Shown here piece after piece: positions 53,469 through 64,000 of a stretch of 64,000 nucleotides of DNA. Both the position numbers and the translations under genes were made by a program. The notes beneath the pieces are model-generated. The model saw only the letters and a program-made list of their open reading frames with translations, did not search any database and was not told the origin of the DNA. The DNA comes from an uncultured Planctomycetota bacterium (GTDB lineage: Bacteria; Planctomycetota; Planctomycetia; Isosphaerales; Isosphaeraceae), in contig CAWGMQ010000010.1 in the NCBI GenBank assembly GCA_963823665.1, positions 1,184,001-1,248,000 on the forward strand, given 5' to 3'. Position 1 is the stretch's first letter; the number at the start of each line of letters is the position of its first letter.

Positions 53469-53509
53469 CGATTTCTTGAAACCAATTCCCTGTCATTCTC
53501 CGTTTCCTC

Positions 53510-54982
53510 TCACGCCAGTATCGCCTTCACAACTTTCGCCCCCGTTACTTTCGCATCCGTCGGCGTCTCTTCGATCCCGCGCTCCGTGAATTTAAGGCGA
53601 TTGTGGTCGAGCCCAAGTTGATCCAGCACCGTCGCGTGCAGGTCGGGAACGCTCACTGGTTGCTCGACCGCACGGTAGCCAAACTCGTCGCTGCCGCCGT
53701 GAATGTACCCCTTCTTGAATCCGCCACCCGCCAGGAACAGGCCGAATCCATTGCGATTGTGGTCGCGCCCGTTCGCGTTTTGAGTGACGGGCAGCCGGCC
53801 GAATTCGCCCGTCCAGATCACGATCGTCTCATCCAGAAGTCCACGCGATTTCAGGTCTTTGACGAGTGCCGCCGCCGGCTTGTCCGTCTGCCCGCAGATC
53901 GACTCCAGCTCGAATTTGAGGTTCTTGTGGCTGTCCCACGGCTGAAACGACGGTTTGAGCGGTGGAAAAACCTGCACGAACCGAACCCCGGCCTCCACCA
54001 GCCGCCGAGCCAGCAGGCAGCGCGCGCCGTAGTTGCTCGTCCGCTCGTCATCAAGTCCATAAAGCCTGAGCGTCGCCGGCGGCTCCTTGCCCAGATCAAG
54101 CAGCTCGCCCGCGGCCAGTTGCATCCTCGCCGCCAGCTCGTAGTTCCTGATTCGTGATTCGAGCTCTCCCTCGCGCGGGTGGTTCCTGGCGTGCTCGGCA
54201 TTCAAGCTCGCAAGCAGCTCGAGCTCGCGTGCCCTCGCCTCACTCGGCACCGGCCGCGCCGGGTTCAGATACCTCACCGCATTCCCGCGCGCGGAGACCT
54301 CCACCCCCTGGAACAGCGCGGGCAGCCAGCCGCTGGACCACACCAGCTTGCCGCTCGTGTTGTAACCGTCCGGATCGCGCAGCACCACATAAGCCGGCAA
54401 GTTCCCATTGAGCGTCCCCAGCCCGTAGCTGATCCACGACCCCAGCGCCGGCCGCCCCGGAAAGATCTTCCCGGTCTGCATCATGACTAATGCTTCTGTG
54501 TGGTTATTATGCCCTGTGAACATCGATCGAATCAGGCAAAGATCGTCGGCGATTGAGCCTAGGTGAGGCATCACTTCCGAGAGCTCCATCCCACATTCGC
54601 CATGACGCTCGAACCGGAACGGGCTCGCCATGAGCGTGTTGGAGTTCCCCTTCTGGAATGTCTCCACGCTCCCCGGAATCGGCTGCCCGTGTCTCTTCAA
54701 GAGCTCAGGCTTCGGATCGAAGAGATCCATCGGGCTCGGTCCGCCGTTCATCATGAGCTGGATGACCGACTTCGCCCGCGGCGCGAAGTGACCGGCCCGT
54801 GGCGCAAGGTCTGCTGGCTCCCTCCGATCGGCTCGAGCCGTCACGGATTCTCCCAGCAATGCCGCAAGCGCAAGCGTGCCGAACCCCAACCCGGATCGCT
54901 CGAGCATCTCGCGCCGAGACATCGGAATCGAATATGGATTCATCAGCCTGACCCTCTCGCCATCATCGGTCGCCTGACTCAC
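53510..54982 (-). CDS. DUF1501 family protein (Tat-like leader)
   Basis: SRREML..G.GFG.LAL, AKSVIQLMMNGGPS.MDLFDPKP, WTGEFGRLP, GRDHN, VPDLHAT. Confidence 0.9.
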   Translation of the reverse strand: MSQATDDGERVRLMNPYSIPMSRREMLERSGLGFGTLALAALLGESVTARADRREPADLAPRAGHFAPRAKSVIQLMMNGGPSPMDLFDPKPELLKRHGQPIPGSVETFQKGNSNTLMASPFRFERHGECGMELSEVMPHLGSIADDLCLIRSMFTGHNNHTEALVMMQTGKIFPGRPALGSWISYGLGTLNGNLPAYVVLRDPDGYNTSGKLVWSSGWLPALFQGVEVSARGNAVRYLNPARPVPSEARARELELLASLNAEHARNHPREGELESRIRNYELAARMQLAAGELLDLGKEPPATLRLYGLDDERTSNYGARCLLARRLVEAGVRFVQVFPPLKPSFQPWDSHKNLKFELESICGQTDKPAAALVKDLKSRGLLDETIVIWTGEFGRLPVTQNANGRDHNRNGFGLFLAGGGFKKGYIHGGSDEFGYRAVEQPVSVPDLHATVLDQLGLDHNRLKFTERGIEETPTDAKVTGAKVVKAILA

Positions 54983-57609
54983 TCAATATAGAGAAATTCG
55001 TTTGTGCATAGAAGCATGTGGCACACCCCTGCCAGCGCGAGCGCATCCGCCTGCTCGCGCGTCGCCGGCTCCACGCGATACACCGCCGCCTGCCGCTGAA
55101 GCGAATCGATGCACGTTCGAAACTCCGAAGGCGAGGGCGGCCGCGCCAGTGCCACCAGGAACGCCCGCGCCACCCAGGCCGCTTGATCGCCGCGCGGCCC
55201 TGCATCGGACCGCACTCGCTCGGCGAGCTTCACGGCATGGTCCTGCACGAACTCGCTGTTGAGCGCCGCCAGCGACTGCAAGGGCGTCGCCGTGGTTGGC
55301 CGTCGCGTGCAGTTGAGTGCCATGATCGGGAAGTCAAACACGTCGAGCAGGCCAACCGGATAGTTTCGCCTGGCGAAAAGATAAAGGCTTCGCCGCAGGG
55401 CCGCCGCCGGGTTCTCGGCCGATACAAGCACCAGCCCGTCGGCCCGAGAGACCAGACGCGTTGGCGGCCCGCCCATCGTGTGCTTGAGCTCCCCGCTCAC
55501 CGCCAGCACAGAGTCTCGCATCGCTTCCGCCTCGAGCCTGCGCAAAGGCATGCGGAAGAGAAGCTCATTCGCCGGATCGACGGTCTCCCCTCGCGACGGC
55601 GCATCCGCTCGGAATCGCCCCGACGACTGGCGATACACCGCCGAGGTCATGATCAACCGGTGAAGACGTTTAAGCATCCACCCATGTTCCACCAGATCAA
55701 CAGCCAGCCAGTCGAGCAGCTCAGGATGCGAGGGCGGCGCGCCCTTGAGCCCGAAGTTGTCGGACGTGGCCACGATCCCCACGCCGAAGTGATGCTGCCA
55801 GATGCGATTGACTACGACCCGGGCCGAAAGCGGATGGTCGCGCGCAGTAAGCCACCGCGCCAGCGCCAGCCGCCGTCCGGTCGAGCCGCCGCTCGTGTCA
55901 CTCGGCCGCGCTAGTGCATTCCGCCCGGGCTGGCACAGGAAAGCGGGAAACCCGGGTGCAACACTTGCAAGCGGTGCCGCCCAGTCGCCGCGACGCAAGA
56001 TATAGGTCGTCGAAGGCGTGCCGCCGTCTTCCCACACCGCGGGAAATGATCCGCTCGATCGTTTCTGCGCCATCAGATCGGCCGACTGCTCCTGAACGTT
56101 CTTCAGGATGGCCTTCTCTGCGGCCGTGAGCGCCTGGTCCACCTCCGCCTCATTGACGCTTACCAGCGGTCCGAGCTTGTCGGCAAGGTAGTTTTGAACC
56201 TCGTTTCGCTTCTCCTTCGCCATCGATAGCGCCCCGCGAAGGTCGGCACGAATCGCCTCCGGCAGCGCAGCGTAACGCCTCGAGCTCACACGCGCTTCGG
56301 CCGCCCCGCGACCGCCACGCCCGCTTTTCGCACCTCTTCGATCCGCCCCTCGATCGCCGCGTTGTGTTGGGCGATCGCCTTGACCGCACCAGGCGGAACG
56401 TCCGGAAGACATCGCTCCGCCGGCAGTTTCCACCGGCCGGGGTCATACACCGGTGTGAAGCACGCGAGCAGCCGGTAGTAGTCTTCCTGCGTCACCGGGT
56501 CGTACTTGTGATTGTGGCAGCGAGCGCACTGGAACGTCAGCCCCAGCAAGTTGCTCGCGACCGATTCCGTCACCCGCCCCACGATCTCGTTCCGCTCGAG
56601 CGCCCGGTTCAGCTCGGCCTCGTTGGTGTCGTCGGGAACCGAGCGCAGATAGCCGGTCGCAACCAGCTTTTCGAGCGTCGCCGGCTTGTAGCTCGCCTCG
56701 TTCCGCCAGTCGACGGCCTCGTCGCCGGCAAGCTGCTCCGTGATGAATTGATCGAACGGCTTGTCCGCATTGAGCGACCGGACCACGTAATCCCGGTACT
56801 TCCAGATATCCTTGTTCTCCTTGATCGTTCCCAGATCGTTGTCGCCCCCGTGCGTGTCGGCATACCCGGCCCCGTCCAGCCAGTGCCGCCCCCAGCGCTC
56901 GCCGTAGGCAGGCGAGGCAAGCAACCCGTCGATCAGCCGTTCATAAGCATCTGGGCCTCGATCGGCAAGGAAACGCTCGATCTCCTCCGGCGTCGGGGGT
57001 AGCCCCAGGAGGTCAAAAGTCGCGCGCCGGATCAGCTTCCGTTTCTCCGCTTCCGGAGATAGCGCAAGACCCTTCGCCTCCAACCGCGCCACGATGAACG
57101 CATCGACAACCGTGCGTATCATCGTCGCGCTCTTGACCGCCGGTAAAGCCGATTTCACCGGCGGTCGAAATGCCCAGTGCAGGGGAGCCACCGCCGCCGC
57201 CGCTTCGCTCCCGGCCAGGTCACTCGGAGCCCCCGCGTCGATCCACCGAGCCACGAGCGCGATCTGAACGGCGCTCAGCTTGGCCGCCTTGCCGGGCGGC
57301 ATCACATGCTTCGAGATCTGCTCATAAAGGAGGCTCTTGCTCGATGCCCCGCGCTCGATCGCCGGCCCGCTCACCCCGCCCTTGGCCATCGTTGACGGAC
57401 TGCGCAGGTCCAGGTCAGCCTTCCGCGTCGCCTGCCCGTGGCACTTCAGGCAGTGCTCCGACAGAATCGGCTGAATCTCCCGCTTGAAGCTCGGGGCAGG
57501 GGCCTCGCGGCCCGCCCGCAGCTCATCGTCGGCGCGCCGCCACGATGGCACTCAGAAGTACAAGAGCGAAGCACGACGTACCGGCGGGGAAGGATGGCCG
57601 ACAACGCAT
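54979..57609 (-). CDS. Planctomycete cytochrome c / DUF1549 / DUF1553 (PSD1) protein, frameshifts near 57535 and 56300
   Basis: CLKCHG, HWAF, YGERWGRHWLD, CARCHNHKYDP, ARVVVNRIWQHHFG, PSHPELLDWLA, RRLEAEAMRD, TPLQSL. Confidence 0.88.
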
Positions 57610-57806
57610 TGGTTCCGATCCAGGGAGGAGGGATCGAATCGGGCCGAGTGCGCGACCTCGCGTTCCGGCAATGAGCCGGACGACACTGCCTCTCATCGTA
57701 GTGTTACAATACTTGTTTAACAAGTGCTTTGCTCGTGGTGTTTGCTCGTGGCGGCGAAAAGGTTGACGTGTTTCCGTCACCGCCCGTATTCAAAAAGATG
57801 TGTTCC

Positions 57807-57827
57807 GTAGGGTGGGTGAAACCCACC
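57807..57827 (+). repeat. GTAG-type REP hairpin
   Basis: GTAG-GGTGGGT-GAA-ACCCACC. Confidence 0.6.
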
Positions 57828-57924
57828 ATGACCCAGGCATACGTCAGACTTCGGCACCTGATGGCCCTGGTCGTGTACTTGCCGATCCCACTCGCCTGCC
57901 CCTTACCTCCGCTGCGAAGTTAAC

Positions 57925-59384
57925 TCACGCCACCAATTCCTTCACAACCTTCCCATGCACATCCGTCAGCCGGAAATCCCTCCCCGCATGATGAAACGTC
58001 AACCGCTCATGGTCGAAGCCTAAGAGATGCAGGATGGTCGCTTGCAGGTCGTGCACGTGCACCGGATTGGTCGCGACGTGGAATCCCAGATCATCGGTGG
58101 CACCATACGTGATCCCCGGCTTGATGCCCCCGCCCGCCATCCACATCGTGAACGCCTGGGGATGATGGTCGCGGCCCAGGCTGCGCCCCAGTGCCCGGTT
58201 GCTCTCCACCATCGGCGTCCGCCCGAACTCGCCTCCCCAGATCACCAGCGTATCCTCGAGCAGCCCGCGCCGTTTGAGGTCTTTGATCAGCGCGGCCGAG
58301 GCTTGATCGGTCGCCGCGCAGTTCGTCTTGTGGTTCCCGGTCAAGTCGGTGTGGGCGTCCCACCCTTCATGATAAATGTTCACGAACCGCACCCCTCGCT
58401 CGATCAGCCGCCGGGCCAGCAGGCAGGCGCGGGCAAACGATGGCTTGTCGGGGTCGGCGCCGTAAAGCGCCAGCGTCTCCTTGCCTTCGCTGCGCAAATC
58501 CATCACCTCTGGCGCTGAGGTCTGCAATCGAAACGCCATTTCATAAGCGGCAATCCTCGTCGCAATCTCCGGGTCTCCAACCGCTTGAAGCTGCCGCCGG
58601 TTGAGCGTTCCCACCAGATCAAGCGAATCTCGCTCCAGCCGCATATCCACGCCCGGCGGGCTCGAGATATTCAGGATCGGATCCCCCTGGTTTCGCAGTC
58701 GCACGCCCGTATACACCGTCGGCAGGAACCCGCTCGACCAGTTCGCCGCCCCCCCGCTGATGCCGCTCCCCGTCGACATCACCACAAACGCCGGCAAGTC
58801 CTGCGACTCGCACCCCAGCCCGTAAAGCACCCAGCTCCCCAGGCTCGGCCGGCCCGGCTGCGAAAAGCCCGTGTTCAAGAAAATCTGCGCCGGTGCGTGA
58901 TTGAACTGATCCGTGCGCGTCGATTTCACGATGCAAATGTCGTCGACGACCGTCGCCAGATGGGGCAGCATCTCCGAGAGCGACGCTCCGCATTGCCCGT
59001 GCCGCGCAAATTTGAACCGAGGCCCAAGCACCGCCGCATCCGGCCGGATGAACGCATAACGCTGCCCCCCGATCACCGACGGCGGCAGCGGCTGCCCTTC
59101 AAGCCGCGCCAGATCCGGCTTGTAGTCGAAGAGGTCAAGGTGGCTCGGCGCTCCCGCCATGAAGAGATGAATCACCCGTTTCGCCCTGGGCGCAAAATGC
59201 GGTTGGCGAGGCGCCAGTGGATTCTCCGCCTCACCCTCAGCAGCATAGCCCTCGCGCGCAACCATCCCGCCCAGCAGCGCCCCAGCGCAATCTTCCCCAC
59301 GCCCACGCCGCACTCTTCAAAGAAGTGCCGCCGGGTAATCCTCAAAGAATCATTCATAAACTGTCTCATGCCCTTAAGCGACAT
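57925..59384 (-). CDS. DUF1501 family protein (frameshift near 59290)
   Basis: ITRRHFF leader in ORF 59172..59384 joins HFAPRAKRVIHLFMAGAPSHLDLFDYKP...WGGEFGRTP..GRDHHP. Confidence 0.9.
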
Positions 59385-59387
59385 CCG

Positions 59388-62300
59388 CTACCCCTTCGTG
59401 ACAGCCTCATCCAGATTCAAGATCGCTCTCGCCAGTAACGTCCACGCCGCCCGCTCGATCGCCTCGGCCCCACCAGTCCCGGCAATCTTGCCCGCATCCA
59501 GCTCCTTCCGCTCGAGCCGCTCCCGCTGATTCTCAAGAAAATGGACAAGCACCGATACTTCATCTCGTTCCGGCGCACGCGAAAGGCACAGCCGGTACAG
59601 CCGTCCGATCCTCGCCTCCACCGTTCCTTTCGTCTGCGCCATCAGTGCCCCCAGCGCCTGGCTCCCCTCCACAAACGCGGGGTCATTCAGCAGCGTGAGC
59701 GCCTGCAGCGGCGAGTTCGACATCTCCCGCCGCGCCACGCAGACCTCGCCGGTGGGCCCGTCGAAAGTCACTGCCATCGCAAACGGCGCCGTTCGTTTCG
59801 TGAACGTATAAAGTCCCCGCCGATACCGGTCGCCCCCGGGGCTCGGCTTCCAGTCCAGCCCGCCATACGCCCCCTCGGTCGAAACACCCGGCGGCTGCGG
59901 CGGGAAAACACTCGGCCCGCCAATCCGCTCGCAAAGCAGCCCGCTCGCCCTGAGCACCGAGTCTCGGATCATCTCCGCCTCCGCCCGCACGCGCGGCCCT
60001 CGCGCCAGCAGCCGGTTCTCCGGGTCCTTCGCCAGCAGTTCGGGCGAAACCCGCGAAGTCTGCCGGTACGTCGCGCTCGTCACGATCGCGCGATGCATCG
60101 CCTTCATCGACCATCCCTGCTCGACCAGGGAAGTCGCCAGGTAGTCGAGCAGCTCCGGATGCGTAGGCCGTTCGCCCTGATAGCCGAAATCCTCCACTGT
60201 GCGCACGATCCCCCTGCCGAAGAACGCCGCCCACTGATAATTCATCACGACTCGTCCGGTGAGCGGGTTCGACCCTGAAACAAGCCAGCGCGCCAGTCCC
60301 AGCCGGTTGCGCGGCAGGTCCAACGGAATCCCCGGCAGCATCGAGAACGCCCCCGGCTCGACCCGTTCGCCTGGCTGCAAGAACTCGCCCCGGTTATGAA
60401 TAAACGTCGGCCGCGGATTCTCCGCCGGCCGCTCCGCCATCACCAGCGTGATCGGGTCCTCCGGAATCCCGCTCGCCTCCCTCGCAATCGCCTCCCGTGC
60501 CTTGGCCAGCTCCGGCGCAACACTCAAGAAATAATCTCGCAGCCGATCCACGTCTTCAGGCTTCCGCTTTCCGTGCTCGGTCAGCAGGATCGGCTCGAGC
60601 TCGAACGGAATCTCCCGCGCCGCGACTGCTCGTTGATCCGTCGTCGCCGAAATGCGGAAACGCCCAAGCCCTGCCGCGTAGTACCGCTCGAAAATCATCT
60701 CCACGGTGAGGGTGCCGGCGTCTTCGATCGGTGCCGCAAGCCGGAACACCGCCGAATTCTCGCGCCCTTGTCCGCCATTGATCGACCACCCTGTCTGCGG
60801 GTCGCCGTCGATCGCCGCGGCCGCATCTTTCTGTGCCTTCGGGTTGCTCGCTGTTGCCTCCGTGATCGGAACGAGCTTCCCGTTGGCAGACAGCCGGATC
60901 TCGCTCAGGTAGAAATCACCGAAGGCCCCCTCGTAATAAACTCGCCCCGGCCCCCGGCTCGGCAGCCGGTCGTCCGGCAGCGCCTCGAGGCGGATCGCCC
61001 TGATCCCCTTGATTCCCGACTCGAGCTGCACGGTATAGACATCGCGCTTGCTCTGGTCGCCGCTGGCAAACACCGAGCCGTCCGGCTCGACCGCAAGCCG
61101 CGGCACGTTCGCGGTCGCCTTCCTGGGCGTGAGCCTCACCCAGCGCGCAGTTTGCGATTCCGCACCTTTCAGCCAATCGCGAAATCGCTGTTCCAGATTC
61201 GCTCGCCGGCGGTCGGCCTCACTCGCGGCATTTCCGGCATTCGCCGCATTCGCGCCATGGCTTTTCTCATCAATCGGGAATTGATTCGCCAGGTCGGCCT
61301 TCATCGCGGCCACGCGGTCCTCGATCGCTCGCCGCCGCTCGGTGTGCCCGGGCGAGGGCACCGTCATCTTGGGTTCGTCCGCGTTGTTGAGCAGCCCCAT
61401 GAACTGGTAATACTCCCGGTGCGGAATCGGGTCGAACTTGTGCGTGTGGCACTGCGCGCAGCCCACCGTCAAGCCCAGCCACACCGTCCCCGTCGTGGCG
61501 ACCCGGTCGGTCATGGCGTAGAACCGGAACTCGAGTGGATCAATTCCGCCTTCTTCATTCAGCATCGTGTTTCGATGAAACCCAGTGGCCACCCGCTGCG
61601 AGACGCCGGCACCCGGCAGCATGTCCCCCGCAAGCTGCTCGATCGTGAACCGGTCGAACGGCAGATTGGCGTTGATCGCGTTGATCACCCAGTCGCGATA
61701 CGGCCAGATCGATCGCGGGCGGTCTTTTTCATATCCATTGGTGTCGGCATATCGCGCCAGATCGAGCCATCGCCTCCCCCAGCGCTCGCCGTAATGAGGC
61801 GAGGCGAGCAGCCGGTCGACCTGCCTTTCATAAGCATCAGCAGCTCGATCAGTTAAAAACGCGTCGATCTCTTCCGGTGTCGGCGGCAGCCCGATCAAAT
61901 CCAGCGACACCCGCCGCAGCAAGGTCGCGCGCTCCGCCTCGGCCGAAGGCTTCAATCCTTCCCGTTCGAGCCGCGCCAGAATGAATTCGTCAATCGCGTT
62001 GCGCACCCACAAGGAATCGCGCACCTTGGGAATATCAGGCTTGACCAGCTTCCGGAACGACCAGTGCACGTCGTACTTGGCCCCCTGGGCGACCCATTCC
62101 CTGAGTGTGGCCCGCTCCTTCTCCGAGAGCGTGGAGTTCGCCGCCCGCGGCGGCATTCGCTCCTCGGCGTCCTGGCTGAAAACCCGCCGCACCAGCTCAC
62201 TTTCCTCGGGTTTGCCCGGCACGATCGGTGGTTCGCCCGAGCTCGCCGGCTTCTTCGCTGCCTCTTCCTGGTCCAGCCGCAGCTTCGCCTTCCGACCTTT

Positions 62301-62504
62301 CTCGTCCGGCCCATGACACTTGAAACAGTGCCGCGCCAGGATTGGCCGCACCTCGTCATTGAAATCAACCGTGGGACGGCCCACGGGCTTGTGCTCTTGC
62401 CCCGCAGCGCCCGATGTCAGCCCCAACAGTCCGAGGCACGAACCCAGCAAGAACCAAGCAAAAGTCTGATTCACGGAATTCGCCTGCAAGGGGTGGGATC
62501 TCAA
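59388..62504 (-). CDS. Planctomycete cytochrome c / DUF1549 / DUF1553 (PSD1) protein with discoidin-like insert
   Basis: CFKCHGPD, YGERWGRRWLDLARYAD, CAQCHTHKFDP, AIDGDPQTGW, PTHPELLDYLA, SNSPLQAL. Confidence 0.92.
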   Translation of the reverse strand: MRSHPLQANSVNQTFAWFLLGSCLGLLGLTSGAAGQEHKPVGRPTVDFNDEVRPILARHCFKCHGPDEKGRKAKLRLDQEEAAKKPASSGEPPIVPGKPEESELVRRVFSQDAEERMPPRAANSTLSEKERATLREWVAQGAKYDVHWSFRKLVKPDIPKVRDSLWVRNAIDEFILARLEREGLKPSAEAERATLLRRVSLDLIGLPPTPEEIDAFLTDRAADAYERQVDRLLASPHYGERWGRRWLDLARYADTNGYEKDRPRSIWPYRDWVINAINANLPFDRFTIEQLAGDMLPGAGVSQRVATGFHRNTMLNEEGGIDPLEFRFYAMTDRVATTGTVWLGLTVGCAQCHTHKFDPIPHREYYQFMGLLNNADEPKMTVPSPGHTERRRAIEDRVAAMKADLANQFPIDEKSHGANAANAGNAASEADRRRANLEQRFRDWLKGAESQTARWVRLTPRKATANVPRLAVEPDGSVFASGDQSKRDVYTVQLESGIKGIRAIRLEALPDDRLPSRGPGRVYYEGAFGDFYLSEIRLSANGKLVPITEATASNPKAQKDAAAAIDGDPQTGWSINGGQGRENSAVFRLAAPIEDAGTLTVEMIFERYYAAGLGRFRISATTDQRAVAAREIPFELEPILLTEHGKRKPEDVDRLRDYFLSVAPELAKAREAIAREASGIPEDPITLVMAERPAENPRPTFIHNRGEFLQPGERVEPGAFSMLPGIPLDLPRNRLGLARWLVSGSNPLTGRVVMNYQWAAFFGRGIVRTVEDFGYQGERPTHPELLDYLATSLVEQGWSMKAMHRAIVTSATYRQTSRVSPELLAKDPENRLLARGPRVRAEAEMIRDSVLRASGLLCERIGGPSVFPPQPPGVSTEGAYGGLDWKPSPGGDRYRRGLYTFTKRTAPFAMAVTFDGPTGEVCVARREMSNSPLQALTLLNDPAFVEGSQALGALMAQTKGTVEARIGRLYRLCLSRAPERDEVSVLVHFLENQRERLERKELDAGKIAGTGGAEAIERAAWTLLARAILNLDEAVTKG

Positions 62505-62615
62505 GGTGGGAAGCAGCCTCAGCCCGCCAGGTGACGGTAGAGTCAGTCTGACTCTGAATTATACAAAACCAAGCACGGCTATGCACGCAACCTGGATTAG
62601 CCATCTCGCCAGCGA

Positions 62616-62739
62616 GCGTCACCCGCCAGTGATCCGCTCGAAGCACCGCGCTCCAGCGAAAGCCCGCAGCCGAACTTTCCCCCCCTTGCAAAGGGGGGCC
62701 AGGGGGGGTGAAGGGCGTCACCCGCCAGTGATCCGCTCG
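62616..62739. repeat. 25-bp perfect direct repeat flanking a CCCCCCTT-GCA-AAGGGGGG palindrome
   Basis: GCGTCACCCGCCAGTGATCCGCTCG at 62616-62640 and 62715-62739; palindrome at 62679-62698. Confidence 0.8.
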
Positions 62740-62763
62740 CCGCGCACCAGCCCCCACATTCGC

Positions 62764-64000
62764 TCACGGCCCCCGCACGTCCTGCGGCGCCATCCCTTCC
62801 CCCGCCGCCCCACCCGCATCGGCCCCAGCGTTCATTCCCCCGGCACCCAACCTCGCCAATCGCTCCCGCGCCTCCTTCTCCGCACGTTGACGAATCCACT
62901 CCCGCCGCCTGATTTCCTTCCACGCGTCCCGTCGCTCGTAGTCCGTCAAGGCACGTGCAACCGGCTGTGTTGTCGAACCTCCACTTCCACCCGCCTCCGC
63001 ACCCCCCACCGGAATTGGCTTCGTTTGCAAAATTGGCTTCGTTTGACAATCGTCAAGTCCCGAAACACCGCCGGAATTCGTCGGAACTTCAATAATATCT
63101 TGATGTTGTGCTATGCACGCGTCATCACAAAAATTGGCTTCGTTCGGCGCTTTTTCACCGATTTGACTCTCGTCGCCGCCTGCGGCAACCTCTTCTTCCC
63201 GCCCTCGATCAGCAGCTTCCGCCAGTTGCTCTTGAGTGACTTCGCTCGCACCTCCCGCATTCAGTTCGATGTCGCACCGCTCGGCTTCCTCCAATTCTGC
63301 ACCCACCGTTTTCGAGTTCGGTACTTCATCCTCCAGGGCAGCCCCAGGCGCCGACTCGCCGTCGCCGTCGCCCGCAGCGCCAACGTACTTCTCAGGAAGA
63401 TACCCACCACACGCCAGAACGTCCGATTCCTCGACCACAACCGACTCCCACCCGCGCCCCTTCTCATTCGAAGTAGCAGGCACACTCCGTGTGCCGTCCG
63501 CCTGAGGCTCACGGCCAATCTCAACCGCCGCGCCCGAACCACTACCCGCGAGTGGCCCGCCGCTCCCACAGTCACCCGAATCCGCCTCCCCATCCGCGTG
63601 TTGGGCGCGGGTCTCCTGGCCCCGCCCTCCCCGCGACCGCAGGTCTCCCTTCTTCCCACCCCCCACACTCTCCGCCCACCAAGCCGCCGGCCGCCCATCA
63701 TATGGGCTGATAACATCTTTCCCAGGCACCGGCGGCAATCCCTGCGCATCGCTATCCGCCTTCCGCGCCCGTACCTCCTGCCGAATTACCTTGCCCCCTC
63801 GCTCCACCGACCCCTTGGCGCGCGAACCATCGCCGCATCGCCTCAGCTTCCTTGGTATAAACAAATCCCTTGCGTCGCCTCGTCCGCGCAGGTTCATCCT
63901 TGATATGGGTGTCATGTTCCGCCGCAATGGCCCACACCCGCTCGATCTCGCCCTCCACCAGCTCGATCAGGCTCTGCCTGGCCTTCTCCTTTTCACCGCG
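62764..64000 (-). CDS. 3' part of a low-complexity hypothetical gene or pseudogene invaded by REPs and the AACGAAGCCAAT element
   Basis: Helical segment RQSLIELVEGEIERVW..KEAEAMRR in ORF 63752..63958, then another frame containing REP-derived sequence and NEANF/TKPI motifs. Confidence 0.35.
63014..63150 (-). repeat. Third, diverged AACGAA[G]CCAAT-bounded element
   Basis: ATTGGCTTCGTT at 63014, 63032 and 63133; shares GCGCCGAACGAA start and internal GGGACTTGAC with the 33.7 and 34.9 kb copies. Confidence 0.65.
63473..63502 (+). repeat. GTAG-type REP hairpin
   Basis: GTAGCA-GGCACAC-TCC-GTGTGCC-GTCCGCC. Confidence 0.6.

Noticed and set aside
3364..61856. Long antisense ORFs such as 3364..4821, 36480..38003, 42993..44996, 45269..46699, 51723..53360 and 60396..61856
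   Set aside because: Shadow frames of well-supported opposite-strand genes in high-GC DNA.

Overview
GC-rich bacterial window that looks planctomycetal, probably Isosphaeraceae-like. This is inferred from LExRxLLS-type secreted proteins, DUF1501/PSD1-cytochrome pairs, DUF1570 and an ECF sigma-Ser/Thr kinase pair. Many genes carry single-base frameshifts typical of long-read consensus error. The main highlight is a minus-strand formylmethanofuran dehydrogenase operon, fwdD-[small ORF]-fwdB-fwdA-fwdC (2248-6774). FwdB is split only by an in-frame UGA at its Mo/W-ligand Cys position (SL-U-HGP), followed by a bacterial SECIS-like hairpin. An unannotated small ORF between fwdD and fwdB also has a UGA plus a SECIS-like hairpin, so it may be a second, unrecognised selenoprotein. 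Other notable items: (1) a stand-alone TIR with intact catalytic Glu next to a TIR(E->Q)-STAND-TM-WD40 receptor; (2) an ECF sigma/kinase pair with a conserved ECF-like promoter ahead of two paralogous secreted beta-helix proteins; (3) a flavoprotein disulfide reductase homolog lacking its catalytic motifs; (4) a ~2 kb non-coding island with three 10-bp-phased triplet repeats, an AACGAA[C/G]CCAAT-bounded dispersed element and several REP families; (5) a RAYT transposase, an IS110 relic and a P450 remnant. No rRNA, tRNA or CRISPR array was recognised. All family assignments are by motif recognition; no database search was run.
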